20,000 nt of DNA, from the sequence record SRR33789315_92. One strand, written 5' to 3'. Position 1 is the first letter of the stretch. The number at the start of each line of letters is the position of its first letter. Below, one piece after another: positions 8,190 through 17,807 of the stretch. The position numbers and the translations under genes are program-made. The notes beneath the pieces were generated by a model. That model was not told the DNA's origin. It worked only from the letters and a program-made list of their open reading frames with translations, and made no database searches.

Positions 8190-9374
8190 ATGCATTTTAA
8201 ACAAAAAGTTGAAAAATTGAACACAGAGTATGAAGCACTTGTTGGCTTAAAAAACTCGCCAACGACCAATAATAATGGCATTTATCAGCGTTGGCAGTTG
8301 CCCATTGTTACCGCCGCACATACTCCTATTTTTTGGCGTTACGATTTAAATGAGAAAAGTAACCCGTATTTGATGGAGCGAATTGGCATCAACGCGACCT
8401 TTAATTCCGGTGCCATTTATCTAGGGGGTAAATATCTGCTTGTTGTGCGGGTTGAAGGCAATGATCGTAAATCATTTTTTGCCGTGGCGCAAAGTGATAA
8501 TGGTGTAGATAATTTTCGGTTTTGGGATTATCCCGTCGTAATGCCAGAAACCAATGAGCCTGATACTAATATTTACGATATGCGTTTAGTCAAGCATCAG
8601 GATGGCTATATTTACGGCTTGTTTTGCACAGAGCGTAAAGATAAGACTCGTCCAGATGACCTGTCTGCAGCCACCGCACAGTGTGGTATTGCGCGTACTA
8701 AAGACTTAGTTGAGTGGGAACGATTGCCTGACTTAGTGACTTACTCTGGACAACAACGCAACGTAGTATTACATCCGGAATTTGTGGATGGCAAATATGC
8801 GTTGTATACCCGCCCTCAAGACGGTTTTATTAGTGTTGGCAGCGGGGGGGGTATTGGCTGGGGATTGTGTGACGCCATGGAAAAAGCTGAAATCAAACAA
8901 GAATTAATTGTGGATGGTAAGGTTTATCATACCATTAAAGAGATAAAAAACGGTCAAGGCCCTGCACCAATAAAAACGTCTGAAGGCTGGTTACATTTGG
9001 CTCACGGAGTGCGTAATACTGCGGCCGGCTTACGTTACGTATTATATATGTTTATGACCGATTTAAATGCGCCGTGGCGCGTTACTCATTGCCCCGGTGG
9101 CCATTTTATTGCACCACAAGGCGAAGAGCGCATTGGTGATGTATCAAATGTGGCCTTCGCTAATGGCTGGATAGTTAATGAGAATAATGAAGTTTTCATT
9201 TATTACGCCTCGTCAGATACGCGTATGCATGTTGCTACCACTACAGTGGATAAATTGCTGGATTATACCTGCAACACACCACCAGACGGTTTACGTTCTG
9301 CTTTATCAGTTAAGACTATTTGTCAGTTAATAGATAAAAATAAGCCGCTAATACCAGGTAACATAAGAAAGTGA
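8190..9374 (+). CDS. mgp: GH130 4-O-beta-D-mannosyl-D-glucose phosphorylase
   Basis: Long stretches match my recollection of Bacteroides fragilis MGP: TAAHTPxFWRYDLN, [63 protein letters not shown]. Confidence 0.93.
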   Translation: MHFKQKVEKLNTEYEALVGLKNSPTTNNNGIYQRWQLPIVTAAHTPIFWRYDLNEKSNPYLMERIGINATFNSGAIYLGGKYLLVVRVEGNDRKSFFAVAQSDNGVDNFRFWDYPVVMPETNEPDTNIYDMRLVKHQDGYIYGLFCTERKDKTRPDDLSAATAQCGIARTKDLVEWERLPDLVTYSGQQRNVVLHPEFVDGKYALYTRPQDGFISVGSGGGIGWGLCDAMEKAEIKQELIVDGKVYHTIKEIKNGQGPAPIKTSEGWLHLAHGVRNTAAGLRYVLYMFMTDLNAPWRVTHCPGGHFIAPQGEERIGDVSNVAFANGWIVNENNEVFIYYASSDTRMHVATTTVDKLLDYTCNTPPDGLRSALSVKTICQLIDKNKPLIPGNIRK

Positions 9375-10609
9375 TGCAGTTTAACTCGCCATTCGGCCAA
9401 CTTGATATCCAAAGTCTAAACCGAGAGTGTCAAAATATTGCTGACTGGTGGATGACACACAGTGTTGATGCCTTATACGGTGGTTTTGTCGGAGAGGTTG
9501 ATGCTAAATCAAATCCAGTTATTAACGCCAACAAAGGCATTATTCTTAATACTCGAATTTTGTGGTTTTTCAGTGAGGCGGCGCTGGTTTTTGATAAACC
9601 TGAATATAAAAATTTTGCTGTGCGAGCTTATGATTATTTATTCCAACATTTTGATGATAAACAATATGGCGGTGTTTGCTGGGAGCTCGACCATCAAGGA
9701 CGCTGCTTAAATGCAAAAAAGCAAAGCTACGCCCAAGCTTTTGCTATTTACGCTTTGAGTGCTTATTACCAACTAACCGGCGACACAGCTGCCTTAAATA
9801 AAGCCTTTGCCTATTTTGAGTTGTTGGAATGTCATGCATTAGATGCTGAATATGGTGGTTATTTTGAAGCCTTCTCGCAGAATTGGCAGCCATTAGATGA
9901 CATGCGTTTAAGTGCCAAAGATCTGAATTACCCAAAAAGTATGAATACTCACTTACATATAATTGAAGCTTATACACGCCTATATCAGGTAAGTAATGAG
10001 GGCAGGGTAGGTAAGGCATTAACGACTTTACTGAATGTTTTTGAACAACATATTATTTTAAAACCCAGCTTGCATTTGAGTCTGTTTCAAAGCGCTGATT
10101 GGCAAGATTGTTCTCCGGCTTTTTCTTATGGTCACGATATCGAATGTAGTTGGTTGTTGTGGGAAGCGGTTGAAGCATTAAATCAAACGGAAACCACCAA
10201 ACGTTTTAAACCATTGGTACTGGGCATGGCACAAACATGTTTAGAGCAAGCTCTTGGACAATATGGTCAAGTCTGTGACCAATATACTTTTGTTGATAAA
10301 AAAATACACCACGAGAGTTTTTGGTGGGTGCAAGCGGAAGCCATAGTTGGTTTTTTACACGCATTTCAACTTAATGGCGATGCACAGTTTAAACAAGCGG
10401 CCGAAGACGTGTGGCAGTTTACCCAAGCGCAACATATTGATCGAGAGTACGGTGAATGGTTTTGGTTAGCCTTGTGTGATCAAGTGGGTGTTGATAATAC
10501 TTACAAAGCGGGGTTTTGGAAGGGGCCATATCACAATGGCCGAGCCATGATGGTTGCAGCAAGATTGCTAGGACAGATACAAGAGACTGATAAAAATGCA
10601 GTGGCTTAG
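9371..10609 (+). CDS. Cellobiose/mannobiose 2-epimerase (AGE superfamily)
   Basis: CE motifs [68 protein letters not shown]. Start (GTG 9371 or ATG 9374) overlaps the GH130 stop. Confidence 0.9.
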   Translation: MMQFNSPFGQLDIQSLNRECQNIADWWMTHSVDALYGGFVGEVDAKSNPVINANKGIILNTRILWFFSEAALVFDKPEYKNFAVRAYDYLFQHFDDKQYGGVCWELDHQGRCLNAKKQSYAQAFAIYALSAYYQLTGDTAALNKAFAYFELLECHALDAEYGGYFEAFSQNWQPLDDMRLSAKDLNYPKSMNTHLHIIEAYTRLYQVSNEGRVGKALTTLLNVFEQHIILKPSLHLSLFQSADWQDCSPAFSYGHDIECSWLLWEAVEALNQTETTKRFKPLVLGMAQTCLEQALGQYGQVCDQYTFVDKKIHHESFWWVQAEAIVGFLHAFQLNGDAQFKQAAEDVWQFTQAQHIDREYGEWFWLALCDQVGVDNTYKAGFWKGPYHNGRAMMVAARLLGQIQETDKNAVA

Positions 10610-12062
10610 TGTCCTTTTACTGTGGATTTTGATTCATTCTCAATCGATGGCTTTTGAACATTTTATCACTCGTCAAGGCCATCAACTACTTGATGGACAG
10701 CAACCTTTTCGTTTTGCCGGTATTCATGCCCCAGAGTTACATCGCATTGAAAATGACGCCCGTGGCGTTTGCTCTGCGGATCCACGCGGTTGGGGACAAT
10801 ATTTTCAATGGCCAACGAGAGATGAACAAGAAAACTGGATTAAAGCCTTAACACTGTCTGGTCATAAGGCCATGCGTATCTATGTATTGTCTGTTGCTCA
10901 TCCCGCGGATGAAGCGTGTGGGCGTGAAACCCATATATTGCCGCCCTTAGAAAAGAACGGGTTGCCACGGTTAAACGAAAAAGCCATGTTGGTCTATGAC
11001 CAAATGATTGCGTTGGCGGATAAACATGACTTGCGTTTGATTTTACCCTTTATTGATCATTGGCAATGGTGGGGAGGACGTGAGCAACTTGCTGCTTTTT
11101 ATGATGAACCACAAGATGCATTTTATGCTGTAGATAGCCAAACTTATCGAGCTTATTTACATATAATTCAGCAAGTTATTACACGGGTAAATAGCCTCAC
11201 GGGACGACATTATTACGACGAAAAAACCATTATGGCGTGGGAAACGGGCAATGAGCTTAAAGATAGTAATCAGACATTTTTAGAACATACTGTCGCTTGG
11301 ATTGACCAGTTAGCGCCGCACCAGTTGATTGTGGATGGCAATTATTTACAGCTCAATGAATATGCCATTACTAACCCCTATGTAGACATAATTTCCAATC
11401 ACTTTTACACCACCAATGGTAATAACAATCCACAAACCATTAAACAAAATTTAGTTAAAATTGCCGGGCGAAAAGCTTATATGGTGGGAGAGTTTGGTCT
11501 GACTGATGCCGCTATGTTGGATGACATTATGCAAACCGCAGTGCACTATGAGTTTGCGGGAGCGCAGGCTGTAGGAGCTTTTATATGGGGTTTTCGCGGA
11601 CATAGGCATAATGGTGGTTTCTATTTTCATAAAGAGTACACTGGCCATTACAGCTACCGTTTACCGGGGTTTTTGCAAGGCCAAGATAATCAAGAATTGG
11701 ACGTTGTTGCATTAGTACGTAAAGCGCAAGCACAGATGGCTGGGCTAAATTCTGCGCCTGCTTTACCTATCCCGGTTGCGCCTAAACTACGAGTTATTGA
11801 AAATGTCGAAAATATTCAATGGTTAGGTGCTCCATTGGGGCAATCTTATCGAATTGAACGACGCATGAATGAGAGTGGTCAGTGGCACGTGATAGGCGAG
11901 AATATTTCTGACGGTAAACTCCGATTTGATCCTGCATCTGACCGTCTATTTAGCGATACATTCCCGATGCGTAAAGGTCAACGCTATTTTTATCGAGTTA
12001 TTGCTATTAATGTCAGTGGTGAATCTCAAGCGTCTAATATTGAGTCTTTTAATTATCGCTAA
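10596..12062 (+). CDS. Secreted GH5 beta-mannanase/mannosidase with C-terminal FnIII-like beta domain
   Basis: Signal-peptide-like [20 protein letters not shown]; clan GH-A motifs AWETGNEL (acid/base Glu, 11253-11255), SNHFY, VGEFG (nucleophile Glu, 11490-11492); C-terminal YFYRVIAINVSGESQASN. Start overlaps the CE gene by 14 bp. Confidence 0.85.
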   Translation: MQWLSVLLLWILIHSQSMAFEHFITRQGHQLLDGQQPFRFAGIHAPELHRIENDARGVCSADPRGWGQYFQWPTRDEQENWIKALTLSGHKAMRIYVLSVAHPADEACGRETHILPPLEKNGLPRLNEKAMLVYDQMIALADKHDLRLILPFIDHWQWWGGREQLAAFYDEPQDAFYAVDSQTYRAYLHIIQQVITRVNSLTGRHYYDEKTIMAWETGNELKDSNQTFLEHTVAWIDQLAPHQLIVDGNYLQLNEYAITNPYVDIISNHFYTTNGNNNPQTIKQNLVKIAGRKAYMVGEFGLTDAAMLDDIMQTAVHYEFAGAQAVGAFIWGFRGHRHNGGFYFHKEYTGHYSYRLPGFLQGQDNQELDVVALVRKAQAQMAGLNSAPALPIPVAPKLRVIENVENIQWLGAPLGQSYRIERRMNESGQWHVIGENISDGKLRFDPASDRLFSDTFPMRKGQRYFYRVIAINVSGESQASNIESFNYR

Positions 12063-12799
12063 CGTTTAATACAAACAAAGATAGCGTTACCTGTTGTGTT
12101 GTCCCACGGTGTAAGGGCAGTGTAATTATGCTCAAACAAAGTCACCTCAAAGTAAGGCTGTAAGCAGTGTTGTAGTTGTGCAAAATCAACCGCCACCATA
12201 GCATGTTGATCTTGCCAAGTTTGCTGCTGGTTGTGCTGTGATTTTTCGATGCTTAAAAATAATGATTGTTTATCCCCTTGACCAGGGTAATGCCACGCCG
12301 AGGTAAATTTGAATTCACTATTTTCATACTGAGCATAATGCTGTTCAAACTTGTCATTATCGATAGTATTTTTGTTTACGCCATTGAAACAAAACATGCC
12401 GCCTGGTGTTAATGCATTATGCACACATTGAATGCAAGCATTGAGCATGTTTAGGTCTTGGCAATAATGCAGCGAATAAAGAAAGCAAGAAATTAAATCA
12501 ACCGGCTCGGCTACCGTAAAGTTGGCCATGTTGCCTAAAGTGAAGGTTGCTTCAGGGCAACGTGTTTTGGCAATATCGAGCATAGGTTGGTTGATATCCA
12601 AGCCTTGGCATTGGTAACCAAAATTTATAAAGTGACGAATGTGCGGACCGGTACCACAGGCTAAGTCAAGGTGCTGCTTACCTTTGTTACCCAATATTTG
12701 ATGTAGCCTACGGATACAATCGCTTTGACTTTGATAATCAATGTCAGCACACATTAAGTCATAATATGCTGATAAATCGGTATATAAAGCTGTTGTCAT
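12059..12799 (-). CDS. Class I SAM-dependent methyltransferase
   Basis: Motif I HLDLACGTG, GLDINQPMLDIA, LTPGGMFCF; N-terminal LY..LSAYYD; 246 aa. Confidence 0.9.
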   Translation of the reverse strand: MTTALYTDLSAYYDLMCADIDYQSQSDCIRRLHQILGNKGKQHLDLACGTGPHIRHFINFGYQCQGLDINQPMLDIAKTRCPEATFTLGNMANFTVAEPVDLISCFLYSLHYCQDLNMLNACIQCVHNALTPGGMFCFNGVNKNTIDNDKFEQHYAQYENSEFKFTSAWHYPGQGDKQSLFLSIEKSQHNQQQTWQDQHAMVAVDFAQLQHCLQPYFEVTLFEHNYTALTPWDNTTGNAIFVCIKR

Positions 12800-12877
12800 A
12801 GGGGGATATTAAAGCATGTTATTGAGGAGCTACATCATATAATAAGAGACTGGTTTTGCGAAACTTGTTTAACATAC

Positions 12878-12903
12878 AAAAAAGCCGGCAACAATGCCGG
12901 CTT
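12878..12903 (-). terminator. Intrinsic terminator of the TonB-dependent receptor gene
   Basis: AAGCCGGCA-acaa-TGCCGGCTT stem with an A-run on + (U-tail on -), 15 bp past the stop at 12919. Confidence 0.85.
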
Positions 12904-12918
12904 GATGTAATTTACAGC

Positions 12919-15531
12919 TTAGAAACGTTTTTTAACGGTCACACCAAAGGTTCTTGGTTCAGCCATATACGCGTTCAACTTACCTTCTTGTAAGGGCGTA
13001 TTGAAGTTAGTACGGTTAATATACTCTTCATCTAATACATTACGCGCCCACAAAATCACATCCATATCATATTCAATGAAGTTCATGAATAATCTCGCAT
13101 TTAGCAAACTATAGCTGTCTTGCACAGCATATGGGTCATTACTGCCATCTAAGATAATTTCACTGGTGTAAGTATATTCACCTTGCACATAGGCATAAAT
13201 ACTATCAGCGATTTCTATATCTTGTTTTAATGACAATACTGCGTAGTTTTCTGGTTCACCACCTGGTCTGTCACCAGAACGATCGCAGAAGCGATTAGGT
13301 AAACCAGTATCAGGGTCTGTACCTCTGCCAGGGTCAGCAACACCGGTGTGCCAGGTATACGCTGTCCAGCAATTACCGGCTAAAAAGGTCTTATATTTAG
13401 CTTTAACTAAGGCATAGCCAAGATTGACCTCTAAGCCTTCGGTAGGTAACCATGTTGCTTCCAACTCTAAACCTTTGATTTCATAGTCACCGGCATTTTG
13501 TAAATTAAAGCCGTTACCCGTAAACGTATTCGCTTGGAAGTCATTCACCGTCGTATAATGCGTCGCAGCGTTGATACGTACATCTTGCTCTGGGAAATCT
13601 TTTTTCACACCAATTTCAAAGGCTTGCGAAGTTTCAGCGTCAAACAAAGGGTTAAAGCCTGCAGCGATTCGGTCAGTGTTAGTACCACCTGACTTATAGC
13701 CTTCACCATATGAGGCGTACCACAGAGTATCTCTATCGGGTTGATAACTTAATTTAATTGTACCTGTTACTTGGTTGTCAGACAGTGTTTCATTAATGTC
13801 TGCGCGCGGGCGAGTGGTGTCACCTAATAATGGAAAAGCCCATCCTGCTTGCTCAAAACCTGCAAAATTAGCCAGTGTTGCTTGACCTGCTGCGGTGGTT
13901 AAATCAATTAAACCTGCACCGATGCCACCTAAAGTTGTTAGCGCACCAACAATATTAACCGGAGTATTGTTGGCTAAGCCATTGATACCCGGTCCAACTT
14001 CGGTAAAGGCAGTTGAGAGATCTTTGTCTTCGCTCGTAAAGCGTAAACCTGCTGTTAAGGTCAATTCATCGGTAAATTTGTAATCAAATTGACCAAATAA
14101 GGCATAACTTTTATGCTGTTGTTTGGCAATGTGATTAAAGCCTGTACCTGCTGGTGCGCCTGCCGCACGCGGAGCAATCAAGCCTGCTTGGGCTAATCCA
14201 TCAATGCCACCGAGTAAAGCATTAAAACTGCCGGGCGAGCCAGTTAGAGCGTCGATGTTTTGACCCAATACACCTAAAGCAAAACCTTCAAATATAGTAT
14301 CAGTATATAAGCTGTATTCTAGGTCAAGGTCTTGTTCAAAATAATAAGCACCCAAGATGTAATTGAGTTTGTCACTGTTGTAATCAAGGCGTATTTCCTG
14401 TGAAAAAGAACGTTGACTGGCATCATTATAAGTACCGAATAAGTCAGCATCAGTGAAGTCAGTATCAAGATTGTCATAGGATTCAAATTTACGTATCGCA
14501 GAGATGGAGACTAAAGTGAAATTTTCATCCAATTCCCAATCTAATTGTGCCGAAAGACCACGGTCTTTCATGCTCGATTCAGGTAAGAATGAAACCGCTA
14601 TTTCACGGTCATAAAACGCGTCACCACCAGGGAATACGGTTCCACCTAGGCTGGGTAATGCCGCATCAGTACCATTTTTCCCATCAATTTCTTTGGCTTG
14701 CAAGTTACTTAATTGCACGGGGGCGCCACAACATATTTCGTTTATTTCAGCATAGTCAGCAATGATGCGTAAGGTAACATCTTCATTGGGAGTATACAGT
14801 GCCTGTGCCCTTGCTCCCCAACGGTCGCGATCGTTTACTTTGTCTTCGCCTAGGGCTATGTCGCTGATAGTGCCATCTCGTTGACTGCCAAAGGCAGTGA
14901 CGCGGAAAGCTAATACATCATCTATGGCTGAAATAGACGTTGCGCCAGAAAGGTTAACTAAACCAAAATTACCAACTGTCGCTTCTAAAAATGCATCACC
15001 TCCACTATGACTAGGTGCAGCAGTGGTAACTAATACAGCACCTGACGGCGTGTTTTTACCAAATAAGGTTCCTTGAGGGCCGCGCAATACTTCAACCGCT
15101 GCTACATCAACCAAATTATTGATTAAAGAGTTTTGGCGTGCACGATATACACCATCAACATATAAACCTACTGATGATTCAAGGCCAAAGTTTTGTGAAG
15201 AAGTACCCACACCGCGAATTGAAAAACTTGAATTTGTTGCACTTTGACTTTGAAATGCACCCAAGCCAGGTACATTTGTTTGTAAGTCGTACATATCTTT
15301 AATAACTGATTCAGCCATTTCTTCGCCGGTAAAGGCTGTGACTGATACAGGTACATCTTGTAAATTTTGCGCACGTTTTTGAGCGGTTACTGTAATGGTT
15401 TCTAGGCCTTTTTTTTCAGCGTTTGTATCTTGCTCTTGGGCACTTGTAAGTGTTGTGGAAAAGGCAAGGCTAAAACCGATCATGAGGGCTAGTGGGGTGC
15501 GTTTAAATATCAGTGGTTGACTGTAGTTCAT
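12919..15531 (-). CDS. TonB-dependent outer membrane receptor
   Basis: Signal peptide, TonB box ETITVTAQKR, plug motif VEVLRGPQGTLFGKNTPSGA, GYKSGG, RNVLDEEY, terminal EPRTFGVTVKKRF; 870 aa. Confidence 0.95.
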   Translation of the reverse strand: MNYSQPLIFKRTPLALMIGFSLAFSTTLTSAQEQDTNAEKKGLETITVTAQKRAQNLQDVPVSVTAFTGEEMAESVIKDMYDLQTNVPGLGAFQSQSATNSSFSIRGVGTSSQNFGLESSVGLYVDGVYRARQNSLINNLVDVAAVEVLRGPQGTLFGKNTPSGAVLVTTAAPSHSGGDAFLEATVGNFGLVNLSGATSISAIDDVLAFRVTAFGSQRDGTISDIALGEDKVNDRDRWGARAQALYTPNEDVTLRIIADYAEINEICCGAPVQLSNLQAKEIDGKNGTDAALPSLGGTVFPGGDAFYDREIAVSFLPESSMKDRGLSAQLDWELDENFTLVSISAIRKFESYDNLDTDFTDADLFGTYNDASQRSFSQEIRLDYNSDKLNYILGAYYFEQDLDLEYSLYTDTIFEGFALGVLGQNIDALTGSPGSFNALLGGIDGLAQAGLIAPRAAGAPAGTGFNHIAKQQHKSYALFGQFDYKFTDELTLTAGLRFTSEDKDLSTAFTEVGPGINGLANNTPVNIVGALTTLGGIGAGLIDLTTAAGQATLANFAGFEQAGWAFPLLGDTTRPRADINETLSDNQVTGTIKLSYQPDRDTLWYASYGEGYKSGGTNTDRIAAGFNPLFDAETSQAFEIGVKKDFPEQDVRINAATHYTTVNDFQANTFTGNGFNLQNAGDYEIKGLELEATWLPTEGLEVNLGYALVKAKYKTFLAGNCWTAYTWHTGVADPGRGTDPDTGLPNRFCDRSGDRPGGEPENYAVLSLKQDIEIADSIYAYVQGEYTYTSEIILDGSNDPYAVQDSYSLLNARLFMNFIEYDMDVILWARNVLDEEYINRTNFNTPLQEGKLNAYMAEPRTFGVTVKKRF

Positions 15532-15547
15532 TTAATATTCTCTCGTT

Positions 15548-15567
15548 ACTAGTAACAAGTTACTAGT
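15548..15567. promoter_or_regulatory. Inverted repeat upstream of the TBDR start (candidate TF site or RNA hairpin)
   Basis: ACTAGTAAC-AA-GTTACTAGT, perfect 9-bp arms, 17-36 bp upstream of the ATG at 15531. Confidence 0.45.
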
Positions 15568-15862
15568 TTGGCTACGACTTTATGGTGTGTTTTTCTTCAA
15601 ACAATAGAGCATTTTGTCAGTTATGTTTTTTAACATTCAACTGCTCTTACCTGTTACAAGCTAACCAGTTTTTTACCATAAAGTAAATAAAACGTTTATT
15701 AAATGTTGCTAACTGTGTTTATTTGCGGGGTATGTGTTACGTAAAATTAACATTATTCGGGTGTTAATTAGTTTTGGGAATGTAATTCCATTAAAATAAT
15801 CAATTAAACTAATAGATTGTTTCTGCATACACTGAAGTTCATTTTGAGCTGAAGGAGTCTTC

Positions 15863-16540
15863 ATGACTGAGCTGTTTTTAGTGCGCCATGGGCAAGCATC
15901 GTTTGGTGCGAAAGATTACGACAAATTAAGTCCTTTGGGCCATAAACAGAGCCAATGGTTAGGTGCCTATTTTAATCAACGCCAATGTCGTTTTAGCCAA
16001 GTATTTACTGGAACACTGTTGAGACATCAAGAAACTGCCCAGGGTATTTTGTCTGAACTGTCTCATGGGCAAGAGCCAATAATGCATTCGAGTTTTAATG
16101 AGTTTGACTTTCAGTCAATTGGTCGCGCCTATCTAAGCTTACATCCGCAAGAAACCTTAGCTAGCTCAGCGACACCCAGTGAATTTTATCGCCTGTTAAA
16201 AAAAGCCATGGGGGCATGGTCGCAAAACGAATTAGATCTTAATGAAATAAGCGAGAGCTGGGATGGTTTTAAAACTAGAGCAATGTATGCAATTGATTTA
16301 ATTAAAAAGAATGAGGAGCAGGGCCCCATATTAGCAGTAAGTTCAGGTGGCGCTATCGCCATGATGATGAGTATTATCTTGGGTTTAGATGCTAAGCAGG
16401 TTATTGAGCTTAATATGCAAATACGTAATACCAGCTTTACTCACCTGCATTTTAACCAGCATAACATGCGCTTAAGTAGCTTTAACAACGTGCCCCATTT
16501 AGACACTCTCGAACGATTATCTTCAATTACCTTTAGTTAG
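15863..16540 (+). CDS. Histidine phosphatase (phosphoglycerate mutase-like) family protein
   Basis: LFLVRHGQASFG, GTLLRHQETA, FNEFDF, FNNVPHL; RBS AAGGAG upstream. Confidence 0.9.
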   Translation: MTELFLVRHGQASFGAKDYDKLSPLGHKQSQWLGAYFNQRQCRFSQVFTGTLLRHQETAQGILSELSHGQEPIMHSSFNEFDFQSIGRAYLSLHPQETLASSATPSEFYRLLKKAMGAWSQNELDLNEISESWDGFKTRAMYAIDLIKKNEEQGPILAVSSGGAIAMMMSIILGLDAKQVIELNMQIRNTSFTHLHFNQHNMRLSSFNNVPHLDTLERLSSITFS

Positions 16541-16580
16541 GTAGCCAACCGGCAACATTGTGTTGTCTATAGGAATTACG

Positions 16581-17807
16581 ATGAACTTTGATTACTCTGA
16601 AAAAACATCCGGTTTAATTAGTCGGCTTGAAGCCTTTATGCAGGAACATATATATCCTGTTGAACAAACTTATATTGAGCAAGTCCATGCTCATGCTCAG
16701 TCGCCAGAAACCCGTTGGAAAACTCCCGCGATGATTGAAGACCTTAAACAAAAAGCTAAGGATGCCGGTTTATGGAATTTATTTTTACCCCATGAGTATT
16801 TGCCATATGGTGCCGGTTTAACCAACCTTGAGTATGCACCTCTTTGTGAGATTTTAGGGCGGGTAATGTGGAGTTCTGAGGTTTTTAACTGCAGTGCTCC
16901 TGATACCGGTAACATGGAAGTGCTAGCAAAATATGGCTCTGAAGAACATAAAAGGCAGTGGTTAGAACCCCTGCTAGCAGGTGAAATTCGTTCTGCCTTT
17001 GCCATGACTGAACCCGCAGTCGCATCATCTGATGCCACCAATATTGAAACCTCTATTGTAAAACAAGGTGACCATTACATACTTAATGGCCGCAAATGGT
17101 ATACCAGTGGGGCGATGAACGACAATTGTACTATTATGGTGGTGATGGGTAAAACAGATACCAGTGCGCCGCGCCATCAACAGCAGTCACAAATATTAGT
17201 TCCAATGAATACCCCTGGGGTTACGGTAGTGCGGGCCATGGCCGCGATGGGACATTTTGATGAACCAGTTGGTCACGCTGAGGTGGTCTTCGACAATGTA
17301 AAAGTACCCGCTAAAAATTTATTAGTCGGTGAGGGAGAAGGCTTTGCTATTGCTCAAGGACGTTTAGGCCCAGGGCGAATTCACCATTGCATGCGTTTGA
17401 TTGGCTGTGCTCAACGCGCACTTGATTTAGCTTGTGAACGCGTTGAGTCACGTATTGCTTTTGGTCAGCCCTTAAGTAAACAGCAGTCAATCCGCGAGCG
17501 CATTGCACAAATGCATTGTGATATTGAACAGGCTCGACTATTAACACTTAAAGCCGCCGACAAAATGGACCGTTATGGTAATAAAGTCAGTCGCGATATT
17601 ATTGCTGCAATTAAGATTGTTGCGCCTAAAATGGCCTGTAATGTGATTGACCAAGCCATTCAAATGCATGGTGCTGCAGGTACTAGCCAAGACTATATAT
17701 TAGCGGCGACTTACGCATACGCGCGCACTATTCGTTTAGCTGATGGTCCTGATGAAGTACATATGATGCAATTAGGCCGTAACTTGATTAAAGATGCCAA
17801 CGCCTAA
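16581..17807 (+). CDS. Acyl-CoA dehydrogenase, ACAD10/ACAD11 (LvaC-like) subfamily
   Basis: [60 protein letters not shown] 16581 follows AGGA and is a better start than 16560. Confidence 0.9.
   Translation: MNFDYSEKTSGLISRLEAFMQEHIYPVEQTYIEQVHAHAQSPETRWKTPAMIEDLKQKAKDAGLWNLFLPHEYLPYGAGLTNLEYAPLCEILGRVMWSSEVFNCSAPDTGNMEVLAKYGSEEHKRQWLEPLLAGEIRSAFAMTEPAVASSDATNIETSIVKQGDHYILNGRKWYTSGAMNDNCTIMVVMGKTDTSAPRHQQQSQILVPMNTPGVTVVRAMAAMGHFDEPVGHAEVVFDNVKVPAKNLLVGEGEGFAIAQGRLGPGRIHHCMRLIGCAQRALDLACERVESRIAFGQPLSKQQSIRERIAQMHCDIEQARLLTLKAADKMDRYGNKVSRDIIAAIKIVAPKMACNVIDQAIQMHGAAGTSQDYILAATYAYARTIRLADGPDEVHMMQLGRNLIKDANA

Noticed and set aside
7631..11648. Small nested ORFs within the symporter, CE and GH5 genes
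   Set aside because: Short, out-of-frame or antisense to confident genes; no motifs.
12059..12799. DNA methyltransferase or defence gene
   Set aside because: No DPPY/NPPY or PC catalytic motif and no nuclease partner; looks like a small-molecule methyltransferase.
15863..16540. Phosphomannomutase for the mannan pathway
   Set aside because: Histidine phosphatase fold is not the phosphohexomutase family; the gene heads the acyl-CoA operon and lacks the mannan operator.
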